64,000 nucleotides of DNA from Candidatus Kerfeldbacteria bacterium. GTDB taxonomy: Bacteria > Patescibacteriota > Patescibacteriia > UBA10025 > JAHIVO01. Below the pieces are notes generated by a model. That model saw nothing but the letters and a program-made list of their open reading frames with translations, ran no database searches and was not told the DNA's origin. The translations under genes and the position numbers were made by a program. This document shows positions 50,028 to 59,845 of this stretch, piece by piece (the first letter of the stretch is position 1; each line of letters opens with the position of its first letter). The stretch lies in contig CP181398.1 in NCBI GenBank assembly GCA_047946875.1, forward strand, positions 79,154-143,153, read 5' to 3'.

Positions 50028-51764
50028 ATGACTCAATATAAAAGAATTGATAATTCTGGAAATAATCAATTAGAGGCATGGGTAAATAAAAAATGGAAAT
50101 TATTATGGAAGATTGTAGGAGTTTTGATTATCCTTATGATAATCCTTTCTGTTTCCACTGCATGGAATCCTGTTCATAGTTATTTTTGTAATCATCAACC
50201 TGATAATAGTTATTATGCGCTTCAAAATACATTATCTGTATTTAATGAATATGCGCCAATTATCAATGATAGTATTATTGTTGTAAATGATACTAATCTA
50301 TCATTAAATCAGGGTTTAGATGGTGATGTAACTCAGTTTACAAAATTGATTAGAATGGAATGGTATAACAAATCAGGACTCTTAATTGTTTGGTTGTATG
50401 ATTCCACTGCTTATGGTTTTCAGTCATACTACTTTGAAGATTTAGATGGCAAAGATCAAAACCTAGCGCAGATGAGTGATTTTGTAAAATTATTTACTAC
50501 GCGCAATGCGATGTTGTTTGTAAATACAAAAATCACAGAATTAGATTCTTTGATTCAAGAAAGAATAACCTACCATTCGAGTAATGTATTGAAGAGCTCA
50601 TGTGGTAAATGGCATAGAGGGTTGTGGTTATTTTCATCATCCATGAGATCATTCTTATTAGCTTTTACGTTATTTACTCTTTGGCTTAGACAAAGATATG
50701 TAAGTAGAATGTATAAGCTTCATGAGGAGTATACTAATCAGTACGGTTATAAGTTCAGTACGGTTAGTTTTTTCGTTGTCTTCAAGGAAGCAGATCCAGT
50801 ATTAATGGTTAAAAACTTTCAACAACAACTTGAGCAAGAAGCTTATGGGTTTAAAAAGTATTACCAAGAATTAAGAAGGTCTGTTAAAAAGGAGAAAATA
50901 TTTGTCACTAAGGCTGAGAATTTGCTCTCGAAGCTTTCTGAGGAATTTGGAGAATTTATACCTGGTCCAATATATCGATATCTTAAAGATGTTTTCGATC
51001 GGGAAAATCAAACTTTAAGTCAGAGGAATAATGCGTTACAACAAGCTGAGATGGAATTTATTAATTCATCTGGTGGTAATCGTAAAACTCTTCAGAAATC
51101 AGATGAAGCTAAGTTGATTTCTAATCGAGATCAATTGCATGGGCAAGCGAAACTACATATTGATGGTATATCTGATCAAAAAGATAAGGATATTGCTCAG
51201 CAGTTTTGGATGTTGTATCAACAGGTCAGAACAAGTGAGCCTGATCGTTTAGTAAAACAGATATATTTTTTGTACCAGGTTATATCATCTAAGGTGATTG
51301 AAGAATGTGTTGTTTCTGTCGCTGAGGATAGTTTTCTAACTCCTAAAGTTATTGAAACTAGTAACTCTGTCATGCAGTTGGCTGATGTTGTTGATCTTTT
51401 CAGTGTTCATAAGTATTTACCAAAAAACATTCCACATGATTATGTGGTGGCGATAGTTATTTGGGGACTGCTTAAGCCTGGACAGCGTGGGACAACGTAT
51501 GTCAATGAAAAGTACTTAAGAGAAACTAATTTACGTTCTGATTCACAGAGGAAAATTGGAACTGAATTTAATGCCCCTCTCTATAATAAAGTACTGACGT
51601 GGTTATTGGATGAAGGAGTAGTACAAAAACCTAAGAGGACAAAAGGTAATTTTGTATACTCTATAAATCCACATGCTACCAAGGCAACTGATAAAGGTGC
51701 AAAAATAGTTAACTCTGTTATTGCATTTCGACAAATATTGGAAACTACTTATTCTCAAAATTAG
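50028..51764 (+). CDS. hypothetical 2-TM protein with extracellular loop and large cytoplasmic region
   Basis: TM at about aa 25-45 and aa 198-220, helical middle, possible wHTH C-terminus. Confidence 0.6.
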   Translation: MTQYKRIDNSGNNQLEAWVNKKWKLLWKIVGVLIILMIILSVSTAWNPVHSYFCNHQPDNSYYALQNTLSVFNEYAPIINDSIIVVNDTNLSLNQGLDGDVTQFTKLIRMEWYNKSGLLIVWLYDSTAYGFQSYYFEDLDGKDQNLAQMSDFVKLFTTRNAMLFVNTKITELDSLIQERITYHSSNVLKSSCGKWHRGLWLFSSSMRSFLLAFTLFTLWLRQRYVSRMYKLHEEYTNQYGYKFSTVSFFVVFKEADPVLMVKNFQQQLEQEAYGFKKYYQELRRSVKKEKIFVTKAENLLSKLSEEFGEFIPGPIYRYLKDVFDRENQTLSQRNNALQQAEMEFINSSGGNRKTLQKSDEAKLISNRDQLHGQAKLHIDGISDQKDKDIAQQFWMLYQQVRTSEPDRLVKQIYFLYQVISSKVIEECVVSVAEDSFLTPKVIETSNSVMQLADVVDLFSVHKYLPKNIPHDYVVAIVIWGLLKPGQRGTTYVNEKYLRETNLRSDSQRKIGTEFNAPLYNKVLTWLLDEGVVQKPKRTKGNFVYSINPHATKATDKGAKIVNSVIAFRQILETTYSQN

Positions 51765-51848
51765 ATTACAATATTGATAAATGGTTTGATTAATTTCAGG
51801 CCATTTTTTATTTACAAAAGGTAATTTTTGTGCTATAATAACAATATT

Positions 51849-53759
51849 ATGGTTGAAAACATTGATAAAAATTTAACAAACAAAAAACAAAAAAGGTTTA
51901 AAGTTGGAGGCTATCTATTCTGGAGTGTATCCATGGGTACACTACTTTTGATGATAGTAATTTTTTTGGTAATGAGTAATTCTCCAAAACCAGTATTAAC
52001 AATAAATAATAACGTATTAAATGTTGACCAAGCATTACAAATAGATTTTGAATGGCCAGTAGCAAGAGAACTTGAGATAAGTATTAGTCCTGAAGTTTAT
52101 GGAGAACCAGAATATAGTAATATGATTTTAGATGACCGTTTAGCAAAGACTGTTACATATAATCCAGAGTTGAATTGGTTACCGGGTACCACATATACAA
52201 TAACTATTGCTAATATTAAGAGTGCATTACCTAGTTATAAAAAAGCTGAGGAATATATTTTAACTTTTACTATAGAAGACCTCCCCAAAATATCAGAAGT
52301 AGTGACAAAACAAGAGGGGGAAATTAGGCCTGATAATAGTTGGGTTGTACATCTTAGTAATGAGAATGAAAATTTAGCTATTTTTGATTTTGTTTTTGAT
52401 CCAGCTGTAGAAGTTGAAGTTGTACAAAGTGATGATAATAAATCATATACAGTCACTCCAAAGGGATTATTATCGCAAGGTCAAGAATATAATTTTGATA
52501 TTTCTAGGAAGATAATTAGAAATCATTTTGGATTAGACGAAATCGCCTTTCAAGGTGAGGGAGAATCAATTTATCAGGAGGTTTATAAGGTCCGACCTGC
52601 TCCTGGGGTAGAAAGTGTAAGTCCTCAAGGAGATAAAGTAATATTATCTGACGATATCAAAGTTATTTTTAGTGAGAACGTAGATTTTGAATCATTTAAA
52701 GAAAATATAAAAATTGAACCAGAATTAGTTGGTACTTGGGAAACTGCTGATTTTAAAACAATGAAGTTTAATACTACTTCGATAAAAAAAGATACTACAT
52801 ATTCTATTGTTATAGCTGAAGGATTAGAAACTTATGAGGGTGGTTTTTTGGAAGAAAAAGCAATTTATAATTTTACAACTTTAGGTCCAGTTCGTTTAGT
52901 AAGTTCTTCTCCGTCTGTTAGTAGTCAGGGGATTAGTATTAATAGTGCAATAAGATTTAGTTTTGATCAGACCGTAGATCATGTTTCCACAGAAGCAAAA
53001 TTTAGTATTACTCCACAAGTAGCTGGAAGTTTTTCTTGGGAGGGAGATACGATGTTTTTTCAACCAAACGAACCATTTGCATTTAGTACTATCTATGAAG
53101 CAAAGATAGAAGCAGGTGTAATAAGTGTGTCAGGCTTTAACTCTGAAGAGGAAATTAATGTAAGTTTTTCTACAGAATTATCAGTAACGAAATTAGCAGT
53201 ACAATATAATCGTCAGGATCGTAATTTAAGTTGTGAAGTAGCTACTTTGGTTATGGCTTTGAGTTATTATGGCGTTAACGTTCCCGAACAACCTTTAATC
53301 GATGCAATTGGTCTTGATGGAACATTGCACAAAGAAGGGGGTGTTTGGGGTAATCCACATATAGCTTTCGTAGGTGATATAGATGGGCGACAGATATCCA
53401 CTGGTTATGGCGTTTATTGGGAGCCAATAGCTAGGGCTGGTAATGCGTATCGCACTTCAACTGCATTTTCTGGTTGGAATATAACTCAAGTTACTGAAGA
53501 AATAAAAAAAGGCCATCCGGTAATTGTTTGGGGGACAGCTGGTTCTGGAGCGCGAGTTGATTGGAAAACTGGCGATGGAGATAATGTTGTAGCTATTATG
53601 GGGGAGCATACTTTTGTAGCTATTGGATTTGTAGGTCCTTCTGACAATCCAACTAAAATGATACTGTTAGATCCTCTATCAGGGGAGCGATATTTTATTA
53701 GAAGTTCTTTTGAATGGATGTGGGGACTTTTAGGAAATAGTGGTGTAGTAGTTGAATAG
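51849..53759 (+). CDS. surface protein: Ig-like (Big_5-like) repeats plus C39-like peptidase
   Basis: TM, P..W.PGTTYTITI and SSP...I.F.FDQ.V..S....FSITP repeats, Q...SCE, PVIVW, GEH, DP. Confidence 0.8.
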   Translation: MVENIDKNLTNKKQKRFKVGGYLFWSVSMGTLLLMIVIFLVMSNSPKPVLTINNNVLNVDQALQIDFEWPVARELEISISPEVYGEPEYSNMILDDRLAKTVTYNPELNWLPGTTYTITIANIKSALPSYKKAEEYILTFTIEDLPKISEVVTKQEGEIRPDNSWVVHLSNENENLAIFDFVFDPAVEVEVVQSDDNKSYTVTPKGLLSQGQEYNFDISRKIIRNHFGLDEIAFQGEGESIYQEVYKVRPAPGVESVSPQGDKVILSDDIKVIFSENVDFESFKENIKIEPELVGTWETADFKTMKFNTTSIKKDTTYSIVIAEGLETYEGGFLEEKAIYNFTTLGPVRLVSSSPSVSSQGISINSAIRFSFDQTVDHVSTEAKFSITPQVAGSFSWEGDTMFFQPNEPFAFSTIYEAKIEAGVISVSGFNSEEEINVSFSTELSVTKLAVQYNRQDRNLSCEVATLVMALSYYGVNVPEQPLIDAIGLDGTLHKEGGVWGNPHIAFVGDIDGRQISTGYGVYWEPIARAGNAYRTSTAFSGWNITQVTEEIKKGHPVIVWGTAGSGARVDWKTGDGDNVVAIMGEHTFVAIGFVGPSDNPTKMILLDPLSGERYFIRSSFEWMWGLLGNSGVVVE

Positions 53760-53810
53760 AGTATTGACAAAATAGTTTTATCAATATATACTAGCTGATA
53801 AAATATATTT

Positions 53811-54620
53811 ATGAAATCACGATTAGCATTACTAAATACAGTTTTAATTATCTTTATTGTTATCGGGCTTGGAATACTGTTTCGAGGTCGTATTATTGGC
53901 TTATGGGACGACTGGATGGTAAATGATTCTACGCCAGAACCAGTAGCTTTTACTAATTTTCTTAATACCAATACTTATACTGATACAAACGATAATACAA
54001 ATAGTGAAATAAACGAGAATGTTAATACTGAGCCAGAGCCAATAGTACTCCCAGATGAAATTAATCTTGATGTGCCATTTACCAGTCAAGCACCTCATTC
54101 TAATTGGGAATTACCTTATCAAGAGGCATGTGAGGAGGCATCTGCTATTACAGTACATTATTATTATCAAAGTAAGACGTTTACCAAGGATATTGCCGAT
54201 CAAGAGATTAAAGATCTTGTAGCTTGGGAAGAAGAGAATATTGGTTTTTATAAAGATACGACAGCAGCAGAAACTGCACAATTTATGAAAGATTATTGGG
54301 GGTATGAAAAAGTAGAGCTAATTTATGATCCAACGATTAAAGATATTAAAACACAGATAGCTTCTGGCCGACCAGTTATCATTCCTTCGGCAGGAAGAGA
54401 ATTGGGTAATCCCAACTTTACTTCACCTGGCCCTATATATCATATGTTAGTGGTAAGAGGATATACAGATAGTAAATTTATTACTAACGATGTCGGTACT
54501 AGGAATGGTGAGAATTATCAATATGATTATGATGTGTTGATGAATTCTATTCATGACTGGAATGATGGAGATGTTAATAATGGTCAAAGGGTTGTTATTG
54601 TCGCTTGGCCTAATGAGTAA
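53811..54620 (+). CDS. C39-like peptidase family protein
   Basis: VPFTSQAP, QEACEEAS, GRPVI, YHMLVVRGY, ITNDVG. Confidence 0.85.
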   Translation: MKSRLALLNTVLIIFIVIGLGILFRGRIIGLWDDWMVNDSTPEPVAFTNFLNTNTYTDTNDNTNSEINENVNTEPEPIVLPDEINLDVPFTSQAPHSNWELPYQEACEEASAITVHYYYQSKTFTKDIADQEIKDLVAWEEENIGFYKDTTAAETAQFMKDYWGYEKVELIYDPTIKDIKTQIASGRPVIIPSAGRELGNPNFTSPGPIYHMLVVRGYTDSKFITNDVGTRNGENYQYDYDVLMNSIHDWNDGDVNNGQRVVIVAWPNE

Positions 54621-54633
54621 TTAATATTTAATT

Positions 54634-57600
54634 ATGCCCAAAGGAGAAAGTATACAACCCAGTGATTCTGACGGAGTAATTAATAGTTGCTCTGTTTGTG
54701 GTTTGTCATTGGATAGTGGCGATCATTCTGAATGTCAACAAGATAATATAGAACAAGCGAATAATGCTAAGGTTGAATTAACTGAAGAACAACAAGAAAA
54801 AGTTAAATTAATGATTAAATATTTATCTAATGGTTATATTAGTAATGTTATTAAAATAAAAAAAGAATATTTCCTACCAGATGAGGTAATGCAATCACCA
54901 GAAGTACAAGCAGCGGCTAAGGAAGGCATGATAAAAAAATTATCTAGAGGTTATTTTGGTGATGCTGTTAATACAAAAGACGAACTTACCCTACCAGATG
55001 ATTTTATGCAATCACCAGAAGTACAAGCAGCGGTTAAGGAAGGCATGATTGAAGATTTATCTAAAGGTCATGTTATTGGAGCTATTAAAATAAAAAAAGA
55101 ATATTTCCTACCAGATGATTTTATGCAATCACCAGAAGTACAAGCAGCGGTTAAGGAAGGCATGATTAAAGAATTATCTAAAGGCTATATTGATAAGGCA
55201 ATTGAAATAAAAGATAAATTTTGTATACCAGATGATTTTATGCAATCACCAGAAGTACAAGCAGCGGCTAAGGAAGGCATGATAAAAGAATTAGTAAGTA
55301 AGAATACTGATTGGTATAATCTTAATAATAAGCGCGTTTTTAAAATAAAAGAAGAATTTTCTTTACCAGATGAGGTTATGCAATCACCAGAGGTTCAAGA
55401 TGAGGCTAAGGAAGCAATGATTAGAAGATTATCTAATAGTAATATTGATGAGGCAATTGAAATAAAAGATAAATTTCCTATTCCAGAAGTAGAAGCTATA
55501 AATATAGCTAAGGAAGTCATGATTGAATATTTATCTGAAGGTTATATTGATAGGGCTATTGAAATTAAAGATAAATTTTCCCTACCAGATGAGGTTATAC
55601 AATCACCTGAGGTTCAAGCTGCGGCTAAGGAAGTCATGATCAAAATATTATTTGAAGGTAATATTGATTTGGCTATTAAAATAAAAGATAAACTTTCTAT
55701 TCCAGAAGTAGAGGTTATAAAAATAGCTAAGGCAGCCATGATCAAAAGATTATCTAATGGTTATATTGATTCGGCTATTAAAATAAAAGATAAACTTTCT
55801 ATTCCAGAAGTAGAGGCTCAAAAGATTTTTTCTACATATATCAAACAATACCTTGTAGAAGGTAGATTAAATTTAGTTTTATCAAATTTAGATAGATTTC
55901 CTGAAAATTCTTTAAAAAGTCTAGAAGCAGAATATCACCTTTTAGGTTACCGAGATGATCTTAATCTCCAAAGCGAGGAAATATACATTCAATACATTCG
56001 TTTAAAAGATAATAAAGATGAAATTCAAGTAGTTGGCTTTGTTGAGCAAATAAGAGATAGTATAAATTCTTTGATCAGTAGTGGAGAGCAGGGACCGGAA
56101 ATTACTGAGATGGAAAATTATAAGGCCCTGATTAAAGTAACTTATCCAAACCATGCAAACAATTGGACAGACTATGATAGTAATGAGAGTTGTACTGATT
56201 GTTCAGCAGATTTAGAGCAATTTAAAGTTAGAGATAAATATACAGTAGATTTAACTAAAGGAGTAGAAATGGTTTTAAGACTAGAGCAAGCTAAAGATGA
56301 AAAAGCCTTAGCTAATTTAGAAAAACCAATTGCAGGTATACAAAAGAAATTTAGTGAGCATGGGTTTGAAAAGGCAAAGATGTTGGAAGTACTAGACAGC
56401 GAAATAGAAGGAAGGATTATTGAATTGCCAAATAAGGAAATATATAAAACTAGAGAAGAAAAATTATATGGACTTCTTTTGGAAAGCTTGGTAGGTAAAT
56501 TTAATTCAGAAGATTTAAAAGAATTATTAATTGGTTATCAATTTGCAGAATTTGAGGATATCAAAACCTATTTGGAAGATACTAGAGCTCAGGCAGAGTT
56601 AGCAAAAAATCCAGATTATGCCTATTTATTAGAATTAAGAGAATTTTTTGCTGATCATATAAAAGAAGTTGAAAGAAAAATTGCTAGTGATGCAGTTAAT
56701 AATCCTGAGATAGCAAAAATATTACCAGAATATTATCAACAGAAAAGGAATTTAGACTCAGAGCAGAGCAGGAAGGATAATATAGATCGTCTACAAATTA
56801 ATAAGATTGGATTGGGTGGTAATTTGCTTGATCGTATTTCTAAGGAACTCAGCAAGAAGACGGATAAGAGAGGAAATATTTTTAGTTTAGGGACGAGGGA
56901 TGACGATGGTAATTTAGTCCCAGGTAAAAAAACTAATGCTTTAGCAGGTATTATTAATGCGGAGTTGAATAAGGTAGGTAAAGCAATTCGATTTTTAACT
57001 GGCCAAGAAGTTGATCCTAAGAGTATTCATTTAGGAGAATTGAATTTTGTTGAATATTTACAAAGCCAGGAAATGATACAAGATGGTGAATATGATGAAG
57101 AATTATTTTCTCGATATCTACTACAGGCATTTCAAGGTATTTTTGAAAAAGAACTGACTATTATTGATAGGGAAGTATCTAAATATGCACCTAAAGAAGA
57201 AGAATTAAAAGGAAAAAAGGCTAAGAAATTAGAATGTTTTATTATGAAAAATCATACTTCAGCTCATGCTCGTGGTGTTGGTGGAGTGTGTGTTTCCGGC
57301 GATAATCCGGCTCATGGTGAGGAAAATCAGTGGGACATGCCGAATTATTTCCAAATGGTCTTGCGTGATTCTGAATCAAAAATTTGCCAAGGGGCGGTAT
57401 TACTACATTATTATGAAGATAAAGGGAAGAAGATTTTAACAGGTTCTTTTAATCCTTCCAGTACCTATCTTTACCAAGTAGATGAACAGCAACTATTTAA
57501 AGGCTTATTAAAACAACTTGAGGTTTTTGCACAAGACAATGATATTGATGTGATAGCTGTTAATCAAAACAAAACTATGAGGACCAACCGGACTGGTGGT

Positions 57601-57732
57601 GAATTTGAACGTGCTATGAGTAATAAGATCAAGAGTGTAAATAAAACCGAATCATTAAGTCAAGAAGAAGTTTTTTCTTACCATCCTAAGTATAGCCAAA
57701 AGGGGTTGGATATAGTTTGGGAGAAAGAATAA
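54634..57732 (+). CDS. large protein with N-terminal Cys/His motif, helical repeat array and uncharacterised C-terminal domain
   Basis: 1032-aa ORF with nine 34-46 aa repeats. Confidence 0.8.
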   Translation: MPKGESIQPSDSDGVINSCSVCGLSLDSGDHSECQQDNIEQANNAKVELTEEQQEKVKLMIKYLSNGYISNVIKIKKEYFLPDEVMQSPEVQAAAKEGMIKKLSRGYFGDAVNTKDELTLPDDFMQSPEVQAAVKEGMIEDLSKGHVIGAIKIKKEYFLPDDFMQSPEVQAAVKEGMIKELSKGYIDKAIEIKDKFCIPDDFMQSPEVQAAAKEGMIKELVSKNTDWYNLNNKRVFKIKEEFSLPDEVMQSPEVQDEAKEAMIRRLSNSNIDEAIEIKDKFPIPEVEAINIAKEVMIEYLSEGYIDRAIEIKDKFSLPDEVIQSPEVQAAAKEVMIKILFEGNIDLAIKIKDKLSIPEVEVIKIAKAAMIKRLSNGYIDSAIKIKDKLSIPEVEAQKIFSTYIKQYLVEGRLNLVLSNLDRFPENSLKSLEAEYHLLGYRDDLNLQSEEIYIQYIRLKDNKDEIQVVGFVEQIRDSINSLISSGEQGPEITEMENYKALIKVTYPNHANNWTDYDSNESCTDCSADLEQFKVRDKYTVDLTKGVEMVLRLEQAKDEKALANLEKPIAGIQKKFSEHGFEKAKMLEVLDSEIEGRIIELPNKEIYKTREEKLYGLLLESLVGKFNSEDLKELLIGYQFAEFEDIKTYLEDTRAQAELAKNPDYAYLLELREFFADHIKEVERKIASDAVNNPEIAKILPEYYQQKRNLDSEQSRKDNIDRLQINKIGLGGNLLDRISKELSKKTDKRGNIFSLGTRDDDGNLVPGKKTNALAGIINAELNKVGKAIRFLTGQEVDPKSIHLGELNFVEYLQSQEMIQDGEYDEELFSRYLLQAFQGIFEKELTIIDREVSKYAPKEEELKGKKAKKLECFIMKNHTSAHARGVGGVCVSGDNPAHGEENQWDMPNYFQMVLRDSESKICQGAVLLHYYEDKGKKILTGSFNPSSTYLYQVDEQQLFKGLLKQLEVFAQDNDIDVIAVNQNKTMRTNRTGGEFERAMSNKIKSVNKTESLSQEEVFSYHPKYSQKGLDIVWEKE
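54811..55830 (+). repeat. coding tandem repeat array (117-bp and 102-bp units)
   Basis: Recurring CCAGATGA..ATGCAATCACCAGAAGTACAAGCAGCGG.TAAGGAAGGCATG at 54877, 54994, 55111, 55228. Confidence 0.92.
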
Positions 57733-57812
57733 TTGAATTTCAGCATAATATTAGCTATAATTAGTAGGGAATAGAAACCCTATTTTTTTAATCCGTTTAT
57801 TGAGAGTTATAG

Positions 57813-58853
57813 ATGAAAAAAACCATATTATTTATATTATCTATAGTATTTGGTATCGCTATGTTTATATCGGTATTGAATTATACAGGAGCTGATGAGC
57901 TTAAGCAGGCATTTGATTCATTCTCATGGCCTGTAATTGCTGTAGTTATCGGACTTACTTTTTTACAAATTTCTGTAGTTATTTATAGATGGAAATTAAT
58001 TTTGGCATCCCAAGGTGATGATGTTCCATTCAAAAAATTATTAGCTCCAAAGTTTGTTGGGTTTACTATTAGTTTTTTAACACCAGGATTGTATGTGGGA
58101 GGGGAGCCGGTACGAGCTTATTTATTGAAGAAAAATACTGGCATCAGATTATCAAAAGGATTTTCGTCTATCATTATTGATAAGATATTGGATTTTACAT
58201 ATCCATTACCTTTTTTGATCTGGGCACTTATTTATGCCATGATAAAATATGATATTTCTTGGGAAGCAATTGGGGTTTTCGTATTTATATTAATGTTCCT
58301 CATTTTTTTATTAGGAGTATTTTATGTACAGACATATCGAGGTAAAGGTTTTTTCTCTTCATTAGCAAGGTGGTTTAGATTAGATAAGTTTAATAAACTA
58401 GATAGGTTTATCGAAAAAGGAAAATATTTTGAAGATTTAGTAATTTCTTTTTTTAAGCATAAGCAGGCATTATTTGTAAAAGGTTTATTACTATCATTTT
58501 TAGGTGGTTTGATAGTGTTTATTCAGTTTATAGTAATTTTGAATGCTTTGGGTATTTCGGCAAATATTGTTGAAATATTAATGATGATGGTATTTATGAT
58601 TTTAGCTTTTTTGGTTCCAGTCCCAGCTTCTATAGGATCTTTTGAAGCAAGTCAGGCTTTAGTGTTTGTAGCATTGGGTCATCCTGCGTCGATTGGAGTA
58701 GCTTTTACTTTAATTATTAGAATGGCTGAGCTTGGTAAGTTAGCGGTTGGATTAACTTTCTTATCTAGTATTGGATTGAAATTTGTTCGTAATATACCAA
58801 AATTGGGGAATGGAAATGGTGATGCAAAAAATGAGGGTATTGAAAATAAATAA
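57813..58853 (+). CDS. lysylphosphatidylglycerol synthase TM / flippase-like (UPF0104) protein
   Basis: RWKLIL, TP...GGEPVRAYLL, P.PASIGSFE. Confidence 0.85.
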   Translation: MKKTILFILSIVFGIAMFISVLNYTGADELKQAFDSFSWPVIAVVIGLTFLQISVVIYRWKLILASQGDDVPFKKLLAPKFVGFTISFLTPGLYVGGEPVRAYLLKKNTGIRLSKGFSSIIIDKILDFTYPLPFLIWALIYAMIKYDISWEAIGVFVFILMFLIFLLGVFYVQTYRGKGFFSSLARWFRLDKFNKLDRFIEKGKYFEDLVISFFKHKQALFVKGLLLSFLGGLIVFIQFIVILNALGISANIVEILMMMVFMILAFLVPVPASIGSFEASQALVFVALGHPASIGVAFTLIIRMAELGKLAVGLTFLSSIGLKFVRNIPKLGNGNGDAKNEGIENK

Positions 58854-58927
58854 TTAGTATATAAACGTTTTATTGAAAAGAGCGTTTTTTGACTTTGTCA
58901 AAATATGTATATATAATATTAGCACTT

Positions 58928-59842
58928 ATGAATATTATAGAAGTAAAAAATCTAACCAAGAAATATAAAGAATTAACAGCAGTTGATTCTATTTCTTTTG
59001 AAGTAAAACAAGGTGAGATTTTTGGTATACTTGGTCCTAATGGTGCAGGTAAAACAACAACTCTGGAAATGATTGAAGGTTTAAAATTAATAACTAATGG
59101 TACTGCTAATTTGGATGGTCATGATGTTGGTAAGGATGCCCAAATTGTTAAATCACTAATTGGAGTTCAGTTACAGTCTTCTAGTTTTTTTGATGGCCTT
59201 AATCTTAAAGAACTTTTAGTAACTTTTGGTTCTTTATATAATCGTCGTATTAATGCTGATGAATTATTAGAAAAAGTTCAATTAACTGATAAAAGCAAAA
59301 GTAAATTTAGAGAATTATCGGGGGGACAAAAGCAAAGATTTTCTATTTCTGCTGCTTTAGTCAATGATCCTAAAGTATTATTCCTTGATGAGCCAACTAC
59401 AGGTTTAGATCCTCAAGCAAGGCATCATTTATGGAAATTAATTACCGAGATTAGAAAAGCTGGTAAAACTATTGTTATTACTACTCATTATATGGAAGAA
59501 GCTGAAGTACTTTGTGATAGGATTGCGATTATGGATAATGCAAAGATAGTTGCTCTTGATACTACAGAGAACTTACTAAAACATACTGGCACTAATTCTA
59601 CTATTACCTTCAAAGTAGACAAAAAGTGTCCAATTGAACATTTTGAATCATTACCTGGAGTAGAAAAAGCAATCGATGATAATCATGAATTTCGTATTAT
59701 TACTAATGATCCAGAGAAGACATTACCTAGTCTTTATGATCATAGTCGTAAATGTCAGTCAAAGATATTTAATTTACAGTTAAAGCAACCAACGCTAGAA
59801 GATGTTTTCCTAAAATTAACTGGAAGTAAGTTGAGAGAATAA
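58928..59842 (+). CDS. ABC-2 type transporter ATP-binding protein
   Basis: GPNGAGKTT, LSGGQKQR, LDEPTTGLD, TTHYMEEAE. Confidence 0.95.
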   Translation: MNIIEVKNLTKKYKELTAVDSISFEVKQGEIFGILGPNGAGKTTTLEMIEGLKLITNGTANLDGHDVGKDAQIVKSLIGVQLQSSSFFDGLNLKELLVTFGSLYNRRINADELLEKVQLTDKSKSKFRELSGGQKQRFSISAALVNDPKVLFLDEPTTGLDPQARHHLWKLITEIRKAGKTIVITTHYMEEAEVLCDRIAIMDNAKIVALDTTENLLKHTGTNSTITFKVDKKCPIEHFESLPGVEKAIDDNHEFRIITNDPEKTLPSLYDHSRKCQSKIFNLQLKQPTLEDVFLKLTGSKLRE

Positions 59843-59845
59843 ATT

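Noticed and set aside
54811-55830. Regularly spaced DNA repeats as a CRISPR array or DGR template/variable pair
   Set aside because: Units are in-frame multiples of 3 within one ORF, the intervening parts are homologous to each other, differences are not adenine-specific, and no cas or reverse transcriptase gene is present
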